DNA of 64,000 nt from Octopus bimaculoides (GCF_001194135.2 NC_068983.1:99009454-99073453), one strand, 5' to 3'. Positions 1-11,766 are shown, counted from the first letter of the stretch. Notes: generated from the letters alone by a model not told the origin. Program-made: numbers and translations.

Positions 1-675
1 AATTTATTATTGATATAAATTTTACATTTTAGTTTGTAGATTGCAATTAAAGCAATAACATACACATAAAAAAGAACATATGCACATGAGTTTGTATATA
101 TGTGTTTGTGTGTGTATGTATACATTTATAAACATATAAAATAATAAATTAAACTGATTAGAACTACCAGTGAAGTCATTCTTTTTCTTCTTCCATGTAT
201 ATACATATATCAGTTGGTGTGGATCCTGTTGATAATGGTTATTAGCTTGGTAGCTTCAATCATGTAATTGGGTAGCAGTTCACACTACTGGAATACTAAT
301 AATTTACTAATTTAATATTTCCGTTTTATCATCCAATCTCAAAATTAAGATCAATTGCTGAATGATATTGGGTATTCTGCAACTTCAATCTCAGCAGTTA
401 CATTAGTCACTTATATCATGTGGTGAAGAAGTTTTTATTCTACTGACAGTTCAGATGCCTGCTAAGATGGCAGGTAATTTCAGATTACATAATGCACAAA
501 TCGTGAATAAATTACCATGCTATTAAAACATATGTAGCATGTCAAGTCATCTTTTTACCACACACACACACACATATTTGTGTATCCACACACACAGAAA
601 CATATATATGTAGTGGGGAAATATATAGGTGTTTTGCAAACTGCAAAAACAAAGATATATTACAAAAGAACTTAC

Positions 676-759
676 ATGTATTATCCTTCTGTTTTTCTAC
701 TTCGTCATCAGATAAATAATTATCTAGAAACTCAAAAGCTTGTGTGGTTACTTTCTGAC
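676..759 (-). CDS. Exon F (repeat 2): QKVTTQAFEFLDNYLSDDEVEKQKDNT
   Basis: Acceptor cattgtattgcag|GT and donor ACAT|gtaagt. 84 nt, phase 1-1, 22/27 aa identical to exon E with mostly synonymous differences. Confidence 0.8.
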
Positions 760-1100
760 CTGCAATACAATGAGATGTTTGTTAATTTGAGATGTTTGAA
801 ATGTTATGATGAAAGACATTCTCACATGTAGCAACTGTGTGTAATGTAATGGTATAACTCAGGGAAAAGAGAATAAGAGTTTATGAGGAGGTTTGTTGAG
901 AGTGAACAATATATAGCTGAAGTTGAAACAGGAGACTTCTTCAGTAAGACTACTATTTATAGAGTTATCTTAGCTCAGGATTATGTTAAGTTGATAGAGA
1001 CCCTTTGGGTCAGGGATCAGAAGGCTCTGCTGCAATTTAGGAAGCAAGTAAGCTTGCAGGTTGTGAGAAGCATGATGGCATTGTAGTCTTGCACAAGTTT

Positions 1101-1301
1101 GGCACAAGGCCAGCAGTTCCAGTGCAGAGAGTAAGTTGATTACATCAATACCCAGTGCTAAACTGGTATTAATTTTATCAACTCTGAAAGGATGAAAGGC
1201 AAAATTGACCTTGGTGGAATGTGAACTCAGAACATAAAGATGGACGAAATGCCACTAAGTATTTTGCCCAGCACAGCAATGATTCTGCCAGCTCACTGCA
1301 T
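1101..1301 (-). mobile_element. SINE-C (tRNA-like head ggcggcgagctggcagaatcgttagc). Further copies near 1755-1860, 26266-26405, 29565-29775, 31995-32175
   Basis: Recurrent block gcctttcatcctttc...gtcgataaaataagtaccagt found in more than 10 copies in the window. Confidence 0.8.
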
Positions 1302-1886
1302 TGTAGTCTTGTATATATATTGCAATGATGGACAAATACCACTTAGCAGGGATGGGCCACTTTCTCCAGGAATTGTGCTCAGTGTTAATTGCATGAAGAT
1401 ATGAGCTTTAATTGTGTGAGGAATGTGAAGTTGTTATTGTGCAGTCCAGTCCTAGTGGAACAGACCTATGATCAGAAACTTTCCGACCAAGAGTATCTTT
1501 TTATTTGGGTGTGTATCAACACTGGTTATCAAGTGGTGGTGGGTGACAAACAGACACAAAAACACACACACACACATGAACGATGAGCTACTTTCAGTTT
1601 TACCTCTACCAAATTCACTCACAAGGCTTCAGTTGGCTGGAGGCTATAGTAGAAGACATTTGCTCATGCAATAGGGCTGAACCAAGAACTATGTGGTTGG
1701 GAAATAAGCTTCTTACCACACAGCCTAAATGTTTAATCTAAAGGAACAAATATCAGCAGGAAATGATTGGTACTTATTTTATTCATTCAAGAGAAATGAA
1801 AAACAAAGTTGCCTTTGATGGAATTTGAACTCAAGACATAAAGGATGATTCTGCCTTAAACTCTGGATATATTAAAAACAACTCAC

Positions 1887-1970
1887 TTATAGTATCTTTC
1901 TGTTTCTCTGCATCATCATCAGATAAGTAACTGTCAAGAAACTCAAATGCTTGTGTGGTTACTTTTTGAC
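1887..1970 (-). CDS. Exon E (repeat 1): QKVTTQAFEFLDSYLSDDDAEKQKDTI
   Basis: Acceptor tgattgtatttcag|GT and donor ATAA|gtgagt. 84 nt, phase 1-1, paralogous to exon F. Confidence 0.8.
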
Positions 1971-3055
1971 CTGAAATACAATCAAATATTTAATTATTGA
2001 ATTAGAACTGATAAAAATATTGATTTTTGATTTAAGCACCATGCTAGAAACTGGCAGAGAGATTGTGTGATGATGTATAGAAATAGTGACATTTTGCGAA
2101 ATACTTAAATGTCTGAGACGACTTGTTAATATGATTTGAATTTTTCTGACTATTCTTTTGACTTGAAAGATTGCCAATAATTATATCTACACAACATTCT
2201 GATCAGTTTGATCTCCTTGATCATCATCGGGTCATTTAGTTATGGATGTGTTTGTAGCACCACACTAAATTTGAACTAACAATATTTATAACTAAACTAA
2301 GGGTTCTGATCTGCTAGTAAATTTGTCAGTGGTCCAACAAAAAGTACAAATTTTAGTGTGTACTGAACTATTATACAAATCATTTTTCTGTACAGCTCAC
2401 AGTTTATTACTTACTCTCAAACATCCATGACATCTTAACTCTTTAGCATTTGAACTGGCCATGTCTAACCAAAATATTTTCCCTGTTTTATGTTCAAAGT
2501 GACCAGATCTAACCGTTGACACCAACCCTACAATATCATTCCAAAATTAAACATCATTGAAATCTCAAAGCTATGAGATAATGCATGATCAATTTGAATA
2601 ATTAAATAAGCATTACATTTGACAGAGTAATCAGAAGGGTAAAGGGTTAAGCACTTCCTCTACTGCTGCCCTTACATTATACACAACATCCTCTGGAGTA
2701 ACTTTGTTACCAACATCAAACTCCTTAAACAGGCAGTAGCCACTTGCATCAAGGCCATGCAGTTATACTCACAACTGCACTGGGCAAGACACATTTCCAG
2801 GATGGTGGGTCACCTGTCTAAGATGATGGTAAATTCTCTATAGGCCACTATAACAGAAGACCATTAAAGAAAAGGTACATAGTAAATGCTACAGTACAAG
2901 GTAAACCACAGTAGCCATATAAACTCACATAATTACCCTTATATTATGATGAGGGAAGTTATAAAACAATTATGAACATTGTTTATTTTCCCTTTCTCAA
3001 AATACTAACAAACAAAAAAATAAATACAGTTCTATATTTGAGAGATGAGAAATTG

Positions 3056-3287
3056 TGTACATTTGACGGATATTTGTCCTCATCTTGTTTGTTGTTAACA
3101 CAATGTTTCGGCTGACATACTCTCCAGCCTTCATCAGGTGTCTTGGATAAATTTTGAACTTGGGTTCTCATTCCTAAGGTATTTTTCGATGTTAGTATTA
3201 TTATTATTATTATTCAGGTTACTGCCTGGAATTGAACTTGGAATCTTGGGGTTAGTAGCCTGCGCTCTTAACCACAAAGCCATAGAC
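3056..3287 (-). mobile_element. SINE-D (tRNA head, (AAT)n, hammerhead tail), left arm of a palindrome
   Basis: Reverse complement of the copies at 3298-3555 and 10154-10412. Confidence 0.85.
3097..3142 (-). ncRNA. Degenerate hammerhead motif in SINE-D tail, sense to the host gene
   Basis: GACAC-CUGAUGA-A-GGCUG(10 nt)CAGCC-GAAA-CAUU-GUGUU. Confidence 0.5.
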
Positions 3288-3297
3288 TCGTGAGCAT

Positions 3298-3555
3298 GGG
3301 TATATGGCGTAGTGGTTAAGAGCATGGGCTACTAACCCCAAGATTCCGAGTTTGATGCTAGGCAGTGACCTGAACAACAACAACAACAGCAACAGCAGAA
3401 CAACAACAACAATGAAAAATACCTTAGGAATGAGAACCCAAGTTTGAAATTTCCCCCAAGACACCTGATGAAGGCTGGAGAGTATATTAGCCGAAACATT
3501 GTGTTTACAACAAACAAGATGAGGACAAATATCTGTCAAATGTAAAGAATGTAAA
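3298..3555 (+). mobile_element. SINE-D, right arm of a palindrome
   Basis: A-box TGGCGTAGTGG, B-box-like GAGTTTGATGC, (AAC)n, tail containing CTGATGA...GAAAC. Confidence 0.85.
3460..3505 (+). ncRNA. Degenerate hammerhead motif in SINE-D tail
   Basis: Same as 10313-10358 but GAAACATT (CpG decay of CGTT) and TAGCC in stem II. Confidence 0.45.
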
Positions 3556-3707
3556 AAAAATAAATGCCTCCATGTTCATATAGCAGACTGGATTTTAATC
3601 TCTGTAGTTAAATGGTTCAATAGCAGGAAAATGTAATTTCCTTGCCAACAAATATTTTATACAACTTAAATGTTAAATAAGCTTTTAAAATATTCTTTCT
3701 TAAATTT

Positions 3708-4338
3708 GGTGCAAGGCCAGCAATTTTGAGAGCAAGGGACAGTCAATTATACTGCCCCCATGCTTGAATGAGACTTATTTTATTAATTCTGAAGGGATGA
3801 CAGCTAAGTTCTCCATAGTCAATATGGAGAGGTTTGAATTTAGAATGAAAAGAGCCAGAAGAAATGCTGCTAAGTATCTTGCCTGTCATGCTAATGATTC
3901 TGCCAACACACTGCCTTTGAAATATTTGTTTCAAATTTTGGCACAAAATTTTTACATCAACCCTAATGCTCAACTGGTACTTATTTTATGAATCCAAAAG
4001 AATGAAAGGCAAAGTCAACCTCAGTAGAATTTGAATTCAGAACAAAGAGACAGATGAAACGCTGCTAAGTATTTTTCCCGGTGTAATAACGATTCTTCCA
4101 GCTCGTTGCCTTTAAAATATTGATTTCAAATTTTGGCACGAGGCCAGCAATTTCTGGGGAGTGGGTCAGTTGATTACATCAACTCCAATGCTCAACTGGT
4201 ACTTATTTTATCAACCCTGAAAGGATGAAAGGTGAAGTTGACCTCAGCAGAATTTGAACTTAGAACATGAAGACGGATGAAATGCTGCAAAGCATTTTGC
4301 CTGGCATGCTAATGATTCTACCAGGTCATTGCCTTTAA
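3708..4338 (-). mobile_element. Three tandem SINE-C copies
   Basis: Three successive gattct(g/t/a)ccag...gccttt ends, joined by the linker aaatatt..tttcaaattttggcac. Confidence 0.8.
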
Positions 4339-4383
4339 ACTATTAAAAGAAAACTGATAAATTGTAATAAATCACCAACTTGC

Positions 4384-4986
4384 CTTTTGTTTCTGATTCT
4401 GTCACATCACTTATGCTTTCAATACAACTCTGTTCATCTACTGATTTTTCCTGGGCATGAATATCAACATTATCTGTTTGATCAGGATTTGAAACAGAAC
4501 ATTCAGCATCAAACTCAAGATCTAGTAATGGATTGACCTTGGCATGTATGCTGAGATCATTATTACTGTTGTCCAGGCCAGAATGAGAAGGTGGAAACAA
4601 TAGTTCAGAGCTGTTGTGTTCACTAATTACTGTGCTCGTGGTTGATTTGGCTAACCGCGGACTGTTATTCAGAGATTTCCGTGACAATAGAGATCCTGTT
4701 CGACTACTGCCTTTATTTTTAAGAGAAGATTTTGAAGAACCAGATTTTACTGAGAATGACTTAGATATGTTTGATTTTTGAAGGGACCTAGTAAGTTCAT
4801 TATTGTATCCAGAAAGAGCAGCATTTTCATATGGATAGCTTCTTGTAGGCCTTTGCACTTTGTCGTCTGGTAATCTGTGTGAAAAGTTTCTCAATACAGG
4901 TTGATTTGGTTCGTTATCAGACACATATTCTGTTGGGTAAGCATCATTTGTTTTCAGTAACCTTGCACTATTTCGATAGGGTAAAC
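4384..4986 (-). CDS. Exon D: (G)LPYRNSARLLKTNDAYPTEYVSDNEP...SESETK, 200-codon Ser-rich low-complexity tail
   Basis: Acceptor ttttttttcatctatttttgaacag|GT. Stop-free 603 nt containing ORF 4343-4924. Non-canonical donor AAAAG|gcaagt, phase 1-1. Confidence 0.85.
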
Positions 4987-5343
4987 CTGTTCAAAAATAG
5001 ATGAAAAAAAAAGTATTTGAAATGTTCTGAATTAAGTAATTTTATTTTGTATTAAGGAGAAACTGAATACAAAGGTTATATTTAAAAATAGAAAATAAAA
5101 TACAGAATTTTAAAATACATCTTGTGGATGATCTAGGGTGCTTCTGGGGTCTCATGGGGTTTCAACATCAGACCCCATCATCCAGGTGCAGGCATGGGAG
5201 TGTGATTAAGAAGTTCATCTCTGAACCATGCGGTCAGGGGACTTGGTCCCATTGCATGAATGCTGTTGGCTATACAATAGTTGTGGATCAATTGATACCT
5301 TGGAAGTGAAATCAGGAGACAAAAGGTGAAGAAGTCTATAGCA

Positions 5344-5398
<55 letters not shown>

Positions 5399-6082
5399 TT
5401 TGTGTTTCCCTTCATCTTCAATTGTGTTTGCTGACTATAAATGATAACCTTGTTGTTCCATTGCTTGCAGTCCACCATAAAACCAAATCCAGGTAGTTCA
5501 TTGTTTGATAGATTACTACCATTTTTTGGAGACAGGGGTTGGCATCAAGAAGAGCATCTGGCCATAGAAACTCTGCTCCAATGTAATTTAATGCAACCCA
5601 TGCAAGCATGGATAAGTGAATGCTCAAATGATAATGATGATGAAAAAAGTAAAGGAATATATCATCTTTAATATATACACATTTTTTTTTATGTCAGCCT
5701 TTGATATTTTCTATCCAAAAAATGATTTTAGCCCAATATTATACACTATTATTTATAGTTTTATATGCTTTAAGATTCACTGTTCCTACAAAAAATTATT
5801 TCATGTTTTCTCAAAGACTCTGAATTCTTATGATGTCAACAACATACAAATCTCACTGGTAAGAATAGAATTTCTAAAATGGAGAAATTCAAAGGATTGC
5901 TATGGTCCAATGGCAGAACATCTGTTATGTTTACAGGAAATATGGGTTTGTGTCCCATGGACAGCCTTCAAATTTTTCTATCCAAAGAGTTTTTAACCCA
6001 ATATATTTACATGCTATTATTCATAGCCTTATTTGCTTTGAGGTTCACCATTCCTAATAATAATAATAATAATACATATATA

Positions 6083-6283
6083 GATGCAGGTGTGGTTGTG
6101 TGGTAAGAAGATTTTTTCTCAACTACATGGTTCTGGGTTCAGTTCCATTGCATGGTACCTTGAGCAAGTTTTCTACTATAGCCTCAGGCCTATTAAAGTC
6201 TTGTGAGTGGATTTGATAGATGGAAACTGAAAGAAGCCCATCGTACACATATATATATATACACGCACATACATATATATCAT

Positions 6284-6319
<36 letters not shown>

Positions 6320-6330
6320 CCTGAAATATA
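6083..6330 (+). mobile_element. SINE-B (gtgtggtaagaagcttgcttcccaaccacatgg...ggaaactgaaagaagccc). Other + copies near 25733, 31160, 32903, 42865, 47990, 56868, 60652
   Basis: At least 15 dispersed copies, with internal (AT)/(GT) microsatellites. Confidence 0.85.
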
Positions 6331-8623
6331 TGGGGAACAGCTTTTCCTTCCAATTTAATCTTTTTATTAAGGTTTTCTCATATATGTGTATCAGATTCTA
6401 ATGGTTCATACTGCACAATAAAGCTTCCAAATTGCTCTTTATTAATTTCCAGGTTATCTCAGCCTCATCTTCAGGATGTTAAGTGGTTTTTGCTTCCCTT
6501 TTTATAGTGGGCTCCTTATATCTATAGAGATTTTCTTGCTAGAACTTGACCATATTTGTATCAGTGGCAGCTTGTGTATAGGCACTTAGAACTGCAGCAC
6601 CCCTATTTCTACTCGATATTATCGATAACATTCAATATAATGAGTCCTTTTTTTCTTTAATTCTTTCTATATACTTGTACATTATATAATCCTTAAGCTT
6701 AATATCAGTTCTTATACCCTAGTTTATGAAGAAAAATACAAAAATCCTGGTATAGAACTGTGTGCTTCACAGTTCCAGCAACATGGTGTTTGGCTGTTGT
6801 GCATAGGAAGCTTCACACTAGGGAGAGAGGGAGAGAGCACTGCATGAACGGCAGTGCTGACTCTTGTGTTCTGATGAAAGGTAGTGTTTCTTTTTGACTC
6901 CATGTCTGTTGTACTTAAAAGCATGTTTATATTCTTGAATGTGATAAAGTGTAGAATTAGATTATTATCCTGCTTCCAGCTTCAGTATTGCTGCCAGGAT
7001 TTGAAAAATAGGGCACATTTGCCCCCCCCCCCTCCTCCTTATTTTGTGATTTAAGTGGGAATTTTGGAAAACAAAGGGGAATTCACGTTGGTGTTCAGTA
7101 AACAAATTAAACACAATACCTGGCAGTGGTTAAAACGCAAACCAATCAAGTTTATGTATAAATTTTCTTCTTATATATTTGTTTACTTTTACACAATATT
7201 AAAACAGCCCAAAATTTTCTGAAGCAACATCCCCACTAATTTTATCTACGAGCCACCACTGGTGCTGTATGTTAACTGTAGCCTTGTGTTGCAATATTAA
7301 TGTTACTTCCATAATCAGTCTTCTATTTCTGTGAGGAATTCTATAAAGTATGGAAATATTTTGTTTGCTTGCCTATCTAGTTTAGTTTTATGGTGTGTGG
7401 TGTAGTGTGTCATAATTTCTCCTTGTTTTAAAAGTATGTGAGTTTATAAAAGAATGTTGTACTTGTTTACCTAATGCAACAGTTGGAATTATGAAATTTG
7501 CAACTTTAAATTTTACAGTCAAATTTGTAAATTACAATGGTCATTCTAAGGTTTACATATTTGCAATATGTTTTTAATAAGGAAGATTTTGGTCTTATTA
7601 TTCTGTAATATATATAACTAGTGTCAGCTTTATGGGTATCAGTTTTTATTGCATGTACTATGAAGTAAATCTTAGAATCCATCATCAATGTTTACAATGG
7701 TTTAANNNNNNNNNNNNNNNNNNNNNNNNNNNNNNNNNNNNNNNNNNNNNNNNNNNNNNNNNNNNNNNNNNNNNNNNNNNNNNNNNNNNNNNNNNNNNNN
7801 NNNNNNNNNNNNNNNNNNNNNNNNNNNNNNNNNNNNNNNNNNNNNNNNNNNNNNNNNNNNNNNNNNNNNNNNNNNNNNNNNNNNNNNNNNNNNNNNNNNN
7901 NNNNNNNNNNNNNNNNNNNNNNNNNNNNNNNNNNNNNNNNNNNNNNNNNNNNNNNNNNNNNNNNNNNNNNNNNNNNNNNNNNNNNNNNNNNNNNNNNNNN
8001 NNNNNNNNNNNNNNNNNNNNNNNNNNNNNNNNNNNNNNNNNNNNNNNNNNNNNNNNNNNNNNNNNNNNNNNNNNNNNNNNNNNNNNNNNNNNNNNNNNNN
8101 NNNNNNNNNNNNNNNNNNNNNNNNNNNNNNNNNNNNNNNNNNNNNNNNNNNNNNNNNNNNNNNNNNNNNNNNNNNNNNNNNNNNNNNNNNNNNNNNNNNN
8201 NNNNNNNNNNNNNNNNNNNNNNNNNNNNNNNNNNNNNNNNNNNNNNNNNNNNNNNNNNNNNNNNNNNNNNNNNNNNNNNNNNNNNNNNNNNNNNNNNNNN
8301 NNNNNNNNNNNNNNNNNNNNNNNNNNNNNNNNNNNNNNNNNNNNNNNNNNNNNNNNNNNNNNNNNNNNNNNNNNNNNNNNNNNNNNNNNNNNNNNNNNNN
8401 NNNNNNNNNNNNNNNNNNNNNNNNNNNNNNNNNNNNNNNNNNNNNNNNNNNNNNNNNNNNNNNNNNNNNNNNNNNNNNNNNNNNNNNNNNNNNNNNNNNN
8501 NNNNNNNNNNNNNNNNNNNNNNNNNNNNNNNNNNNNNNNNNNNNNNNNNNNNNNNNNNNNNNNNNNNNNNNNNNNNNNNNNNNNNNNNNNNNNNNNNNNN
8601 NNNNNNNNNNNNNNNNNNNNNNN

Positions 8624-8656
<33 letters not shown>

Positions 8657-9197
8657 ATTATTGGTTATATCTGTTACATATATCTTATCAGTTGTTTATT
8701 TGAAATCAACACTGAATGCTTTCCATCAGTGCTTGTTTAAAATTTTGATTTGGCTCATTTTGATGAATTGAAAACAATTGAAATAGAATTTTGACAATAT
8801 CAGTAAATAAATATCTGGGCAAATGATTCTCCAGAAGTCAAAGGAGAGATAATCTATCTAAAAGCTCATTGAATTTTAGGATATTTTTTCTTAACCTTTC
8901 TTAATGTGTATTCTTAGGTATCTTATTTAAGTTTAGCTTATTAAAATGTTCTGGAAAGTTTAAGGAAGAGTACGATGAGAATCTCTCTGGTCTGATGATG
9001 TAATATTTCAGCCAAAACAGACATGGAGTTTGAACAGCCCTTCAGCTGGTCAGCTACTGTCAAACCATCTAACCCATACCAGCATGGAAAACAGACACAT
9101 GATGATGATGATGATGATGATGACTGTTTTAAATTTTAGCTTCAAAATTCTATCAAAGACAAAATATTGTTAATGAAAGATCTGAGTAAAAGTTTAC

Positions 9198-9323
9198 CTG
9201 CATGAGAAAGAATAAAACCATCATTGTAATAAGCTCTGGGTTCACGGTAATTGCCCATGATATCTGGAATTTGTTGGCTGTGATACATACGAAGATTGCC
9301 TTCATAAACATACCGACCTTGCA
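9198..9323 (-). CDS. Exon C: (V)QGRYVYEGNLRMYHSQQIPDIMGNYREPRAYYNDGFILSHA
   Basis: Acceptor aattttttccag|TG and donor GCAG|gtaaac. 126 nt, phase 1-1, joins exons B and D in frame. Confidence 0.85.
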
Positions 9324-10051
9324 CTGGAAAAAATTAATTCAGTTTTTTTACTCACTATGTTATTTATGAAAAATACTTTTAGATGTTTTAAAATCAATAA
9401 TGTCATAGAGTAGTTTATAGTCTGAGTTCATATGATCAATATAAGAAGAAAATGGTAATATTATGATTTCTTAAGACAGTTAACTTCATCTCCAGTAAAT
9501 AAAAGCTTTTTTTCAAAATTTATATCCATATAATGCTATACAATTGGTTTGATTTCTGATAGTCATAAAACGATCTTACTTCCAGCAGTGTACATAGTAT
9601 AAGATTGGATACAAGGAAGGAACTTTTATTTTTACATAAAAGACACCATTCTAATCCACTGGCAAAAAAAAAACAAACATAATTAACCTTAATTTAGAAA
9701 TAAAAGCTCCTGGTTTGAATCTAGTCTAGTATTGAGTATTCATCCAGAAATATAACACCTGATGATGAAAAGCAGTTTAGTTGTAAAACTTAAATTCTTT
9801 CATTTCTAAAGATGAAGTTAACAGTCTAAAAAAAAATTACAATCTTACTAACAGCTTATGTTGGATGTGCTGGAAAATCCAAATTCAATTAGTTAGACAA
9901 GGATCAATTTTTGAGAATTTATATTATTTGTGCCAATTCTAAAAAAAAATTTATTTGAGTACATATTCTTCTATTGACTCCTCAGGCTGTTCAAAGCTTT
10001 GTGAGTGGATTGGATAGTTATAAACTGAAAGAAGCCCATCACAATTATATA

Positions 10052-10089
<38 letters not shown>

Positions 10090-10153
10090 NNNNNNNNNNT
10101 TACCCTGGGTTTCTCGCTCACAAGGGGTTTAGCCTTAAGGCATATCTTCAGAT

Positions 10154-10222
10154 CATATGGTGTAGTGGTTAAGAGTGTGGGCTACTAACCCCTAGATTCC
10201 GAGTTCGATTCCAGGCATTGAA

Positions 10223-10265
<43 letters not shown>

Positions 10266-10412
10266 TCGAAAAATACCTTAGGAATGAGAACCTAGGTTCA
10301 AAATTTCCCCAAGACACCTGATGAAGGCTGGAGGGTATATCAGCCGAAACGTTGTGTTAACAACAAACAAGATGAGGAAAAATATCCGTCAAATGTAAAT
10401 AATGTAAATAAT
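10154..10412 (+). mobile_element. SINE-D, well-preserved copy
   Basis: A-box TGGTGTAGTGG, B-box GAGTTCGATTCC, (AAT)n, tail ending tgtaaataatgtaaataat. Confidence 0.85.
10313..10358 (+). ncRNA. Minimal hammerhead motif in the SINE-D tail (best copy)
   Basis: GACAC-CUGAUGA-A-GGCUG(10 nt)CAGCC-GAAA-C-GUU-GUGUU. Extra A after the core; ACGU palindrome in stem III. Confidence 0.65.
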
Positions 10413-10650
10413 TATTTAAGCAAGTTTAAAGTGATTTTTTTTGTGCTGTAAACCATTTCTGTGATGCCCCCTCCTTCCCTTGATGTCCTAAGCACATGCT
10501 TATTTTGCTTAATGGTTAATCCTGCACTGATTACAGTAAAATATGCAAGAACTAGGGATAGAGAGAACAAAGATTTATAAAGAATAACTTTCTGAGAGTT
10601 CAATCAGTATCATTAATTAAGAAAAGTATCATATAAAGATTGATTCTTAC

Positions 10651-10919
10651 CATTAGTGACATTGGGCATTGATAAAATGTCTCTCATGAGAACAGGGTTT
10701 TTTCTTACACCATTCTTAAGTTCATAGTAAGCATCATTCGGTCCTGATGCTTGCATGTATGGTTTTGTCATCCATAGACGAGAAGAACCAACCTTTGGCA
10801 TAGGTTTTGGTGACTGTTCTTCTCTGTGACTCCTGAGTGACTGGCTGTTGCTGGAATCAGTTGCCACAGCTGGAAGGTTGTTGAAGTTCTGGTTTCTTCT
10901 CTTGCGCTTGCTTCTAGGT
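10651..10919 (-). CDS. Exon B: PRSKRKRRNQ...DAYYELKNG...SMPNVTN (juxtamembrane basic cluster and start of cytoplasmic tail)
   Basis: Acceptor ttttatcatattctag|ACCT and donor AATG|gtaaga. 269 nt, open frame inside ORF 10613-11089, phase 2 to phase 1. Confidence 0.85.
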
Positions 10920-10933
10920 CTAGAATATGATAA

Positions 10934-10972
<39 letters not shown>

Positions 10973-11004
10973 CATGTGTACATGTGTATATACATCTACA
11001 CTCT

Positions 11005-11145
11005 CTGAGTGGTTGGCGTTAGGAAGGGCATCCAGCTGTAGAAACTTTGTCAAATCAGATTGGAGCCTGGTGTAGCCATCTGGTTTCACCAGTCCTCAGT
11101 CAAATCGTCCAACCCATGCTAGCATGGAAGCGGACGTTAAACAAC

Positions 11146-11192
<47 letters not shown>
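11005..11192 (+). mobile_element. Isolated RTE 3'-end copy with (GAT)n tail. Similar tails near 5520, 9030, 11365, 21990, 25030, 30388
   Basis: ttaggaagggcatccagctgtagaaac...aacccatgc(c/t)agcatggaa...gatgatgat, matching the 3' ends of the long RTE copies. Confidence 0.85.
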
Positions 11193-11478
11193 CATGTATG
11201 AAGACATGGGACAAAGGATCTTTGGGTGCTGGGCCTCACTGAGGAAAGGACAAGGGACCAGGAAATGTGGAGATTTGCTGTACTTGATAAGACATGTCAA
11301 ACTAAGAAAAGTCGATGTCTTCCACACACATACAGGCTTGTCCTTTCAGGTGCCACATAAAAAGCACTCAGCACACTCTGTCAAGTGGTTGGCATTAGGA
11401 AGGGCAGCTCCCAGCTGGTCAGCTCCATGTCAAACCCATGTCAGCATGGAAAACAGACATTAAACGATAATGATGATG

Positions 11479-11524
<46 letters not shown>

Positions 11525-11766
11525 TGTCTGTAAAACATAAATCTGAAAGAAGAAGCACACTCTAAGATATAAGAGCAGCATATATTAAAAATGGGGAAGG
11601 CGAGTTCATAGGATTACCCTAGGTTTCCCATCCATAAAGGGTTTAACTTTATGGCATATTGTCAGATCCAAAAACCTGTTGGCTCAAGACCTCTTAAAAA
11701 TATGGAGGGGGAAATGCCTTCGCTATGCACACACAAACACACACACAAAAATACACACATGTATAT

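Noticed and set aside
2645-2813. Possible exon between D and E (good acceptor at 2814-2815; HGLDASGYCLFKEFD-like peptide in another frame)
   Set aside because: The phase-1 frame hits a stop after 21 codons, the available donor is phase 0, and the protein-like frame has upstream stops.
3298-3375. tRNA-like sequences here and at 10154, 12620, 53236 and 61735
   Set aside because: They have A/B boxes but no proper acceptor stem, and they continue into repeat bodies; these are SINE heads, not tRNA genes.
6440-6950. Possible minus-strand GIY-YIG remnant (CEASY...) with a downstream CTGAAGA...GGAAA motif
   Set aside because: Similarity is too weak and stem I is absent; would need an HMM search.
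11047-11463. Poly-Asp / poly-Ser ORFs
   Set aside because: Translations of the (GAT)n tail of RTE 3' ends.
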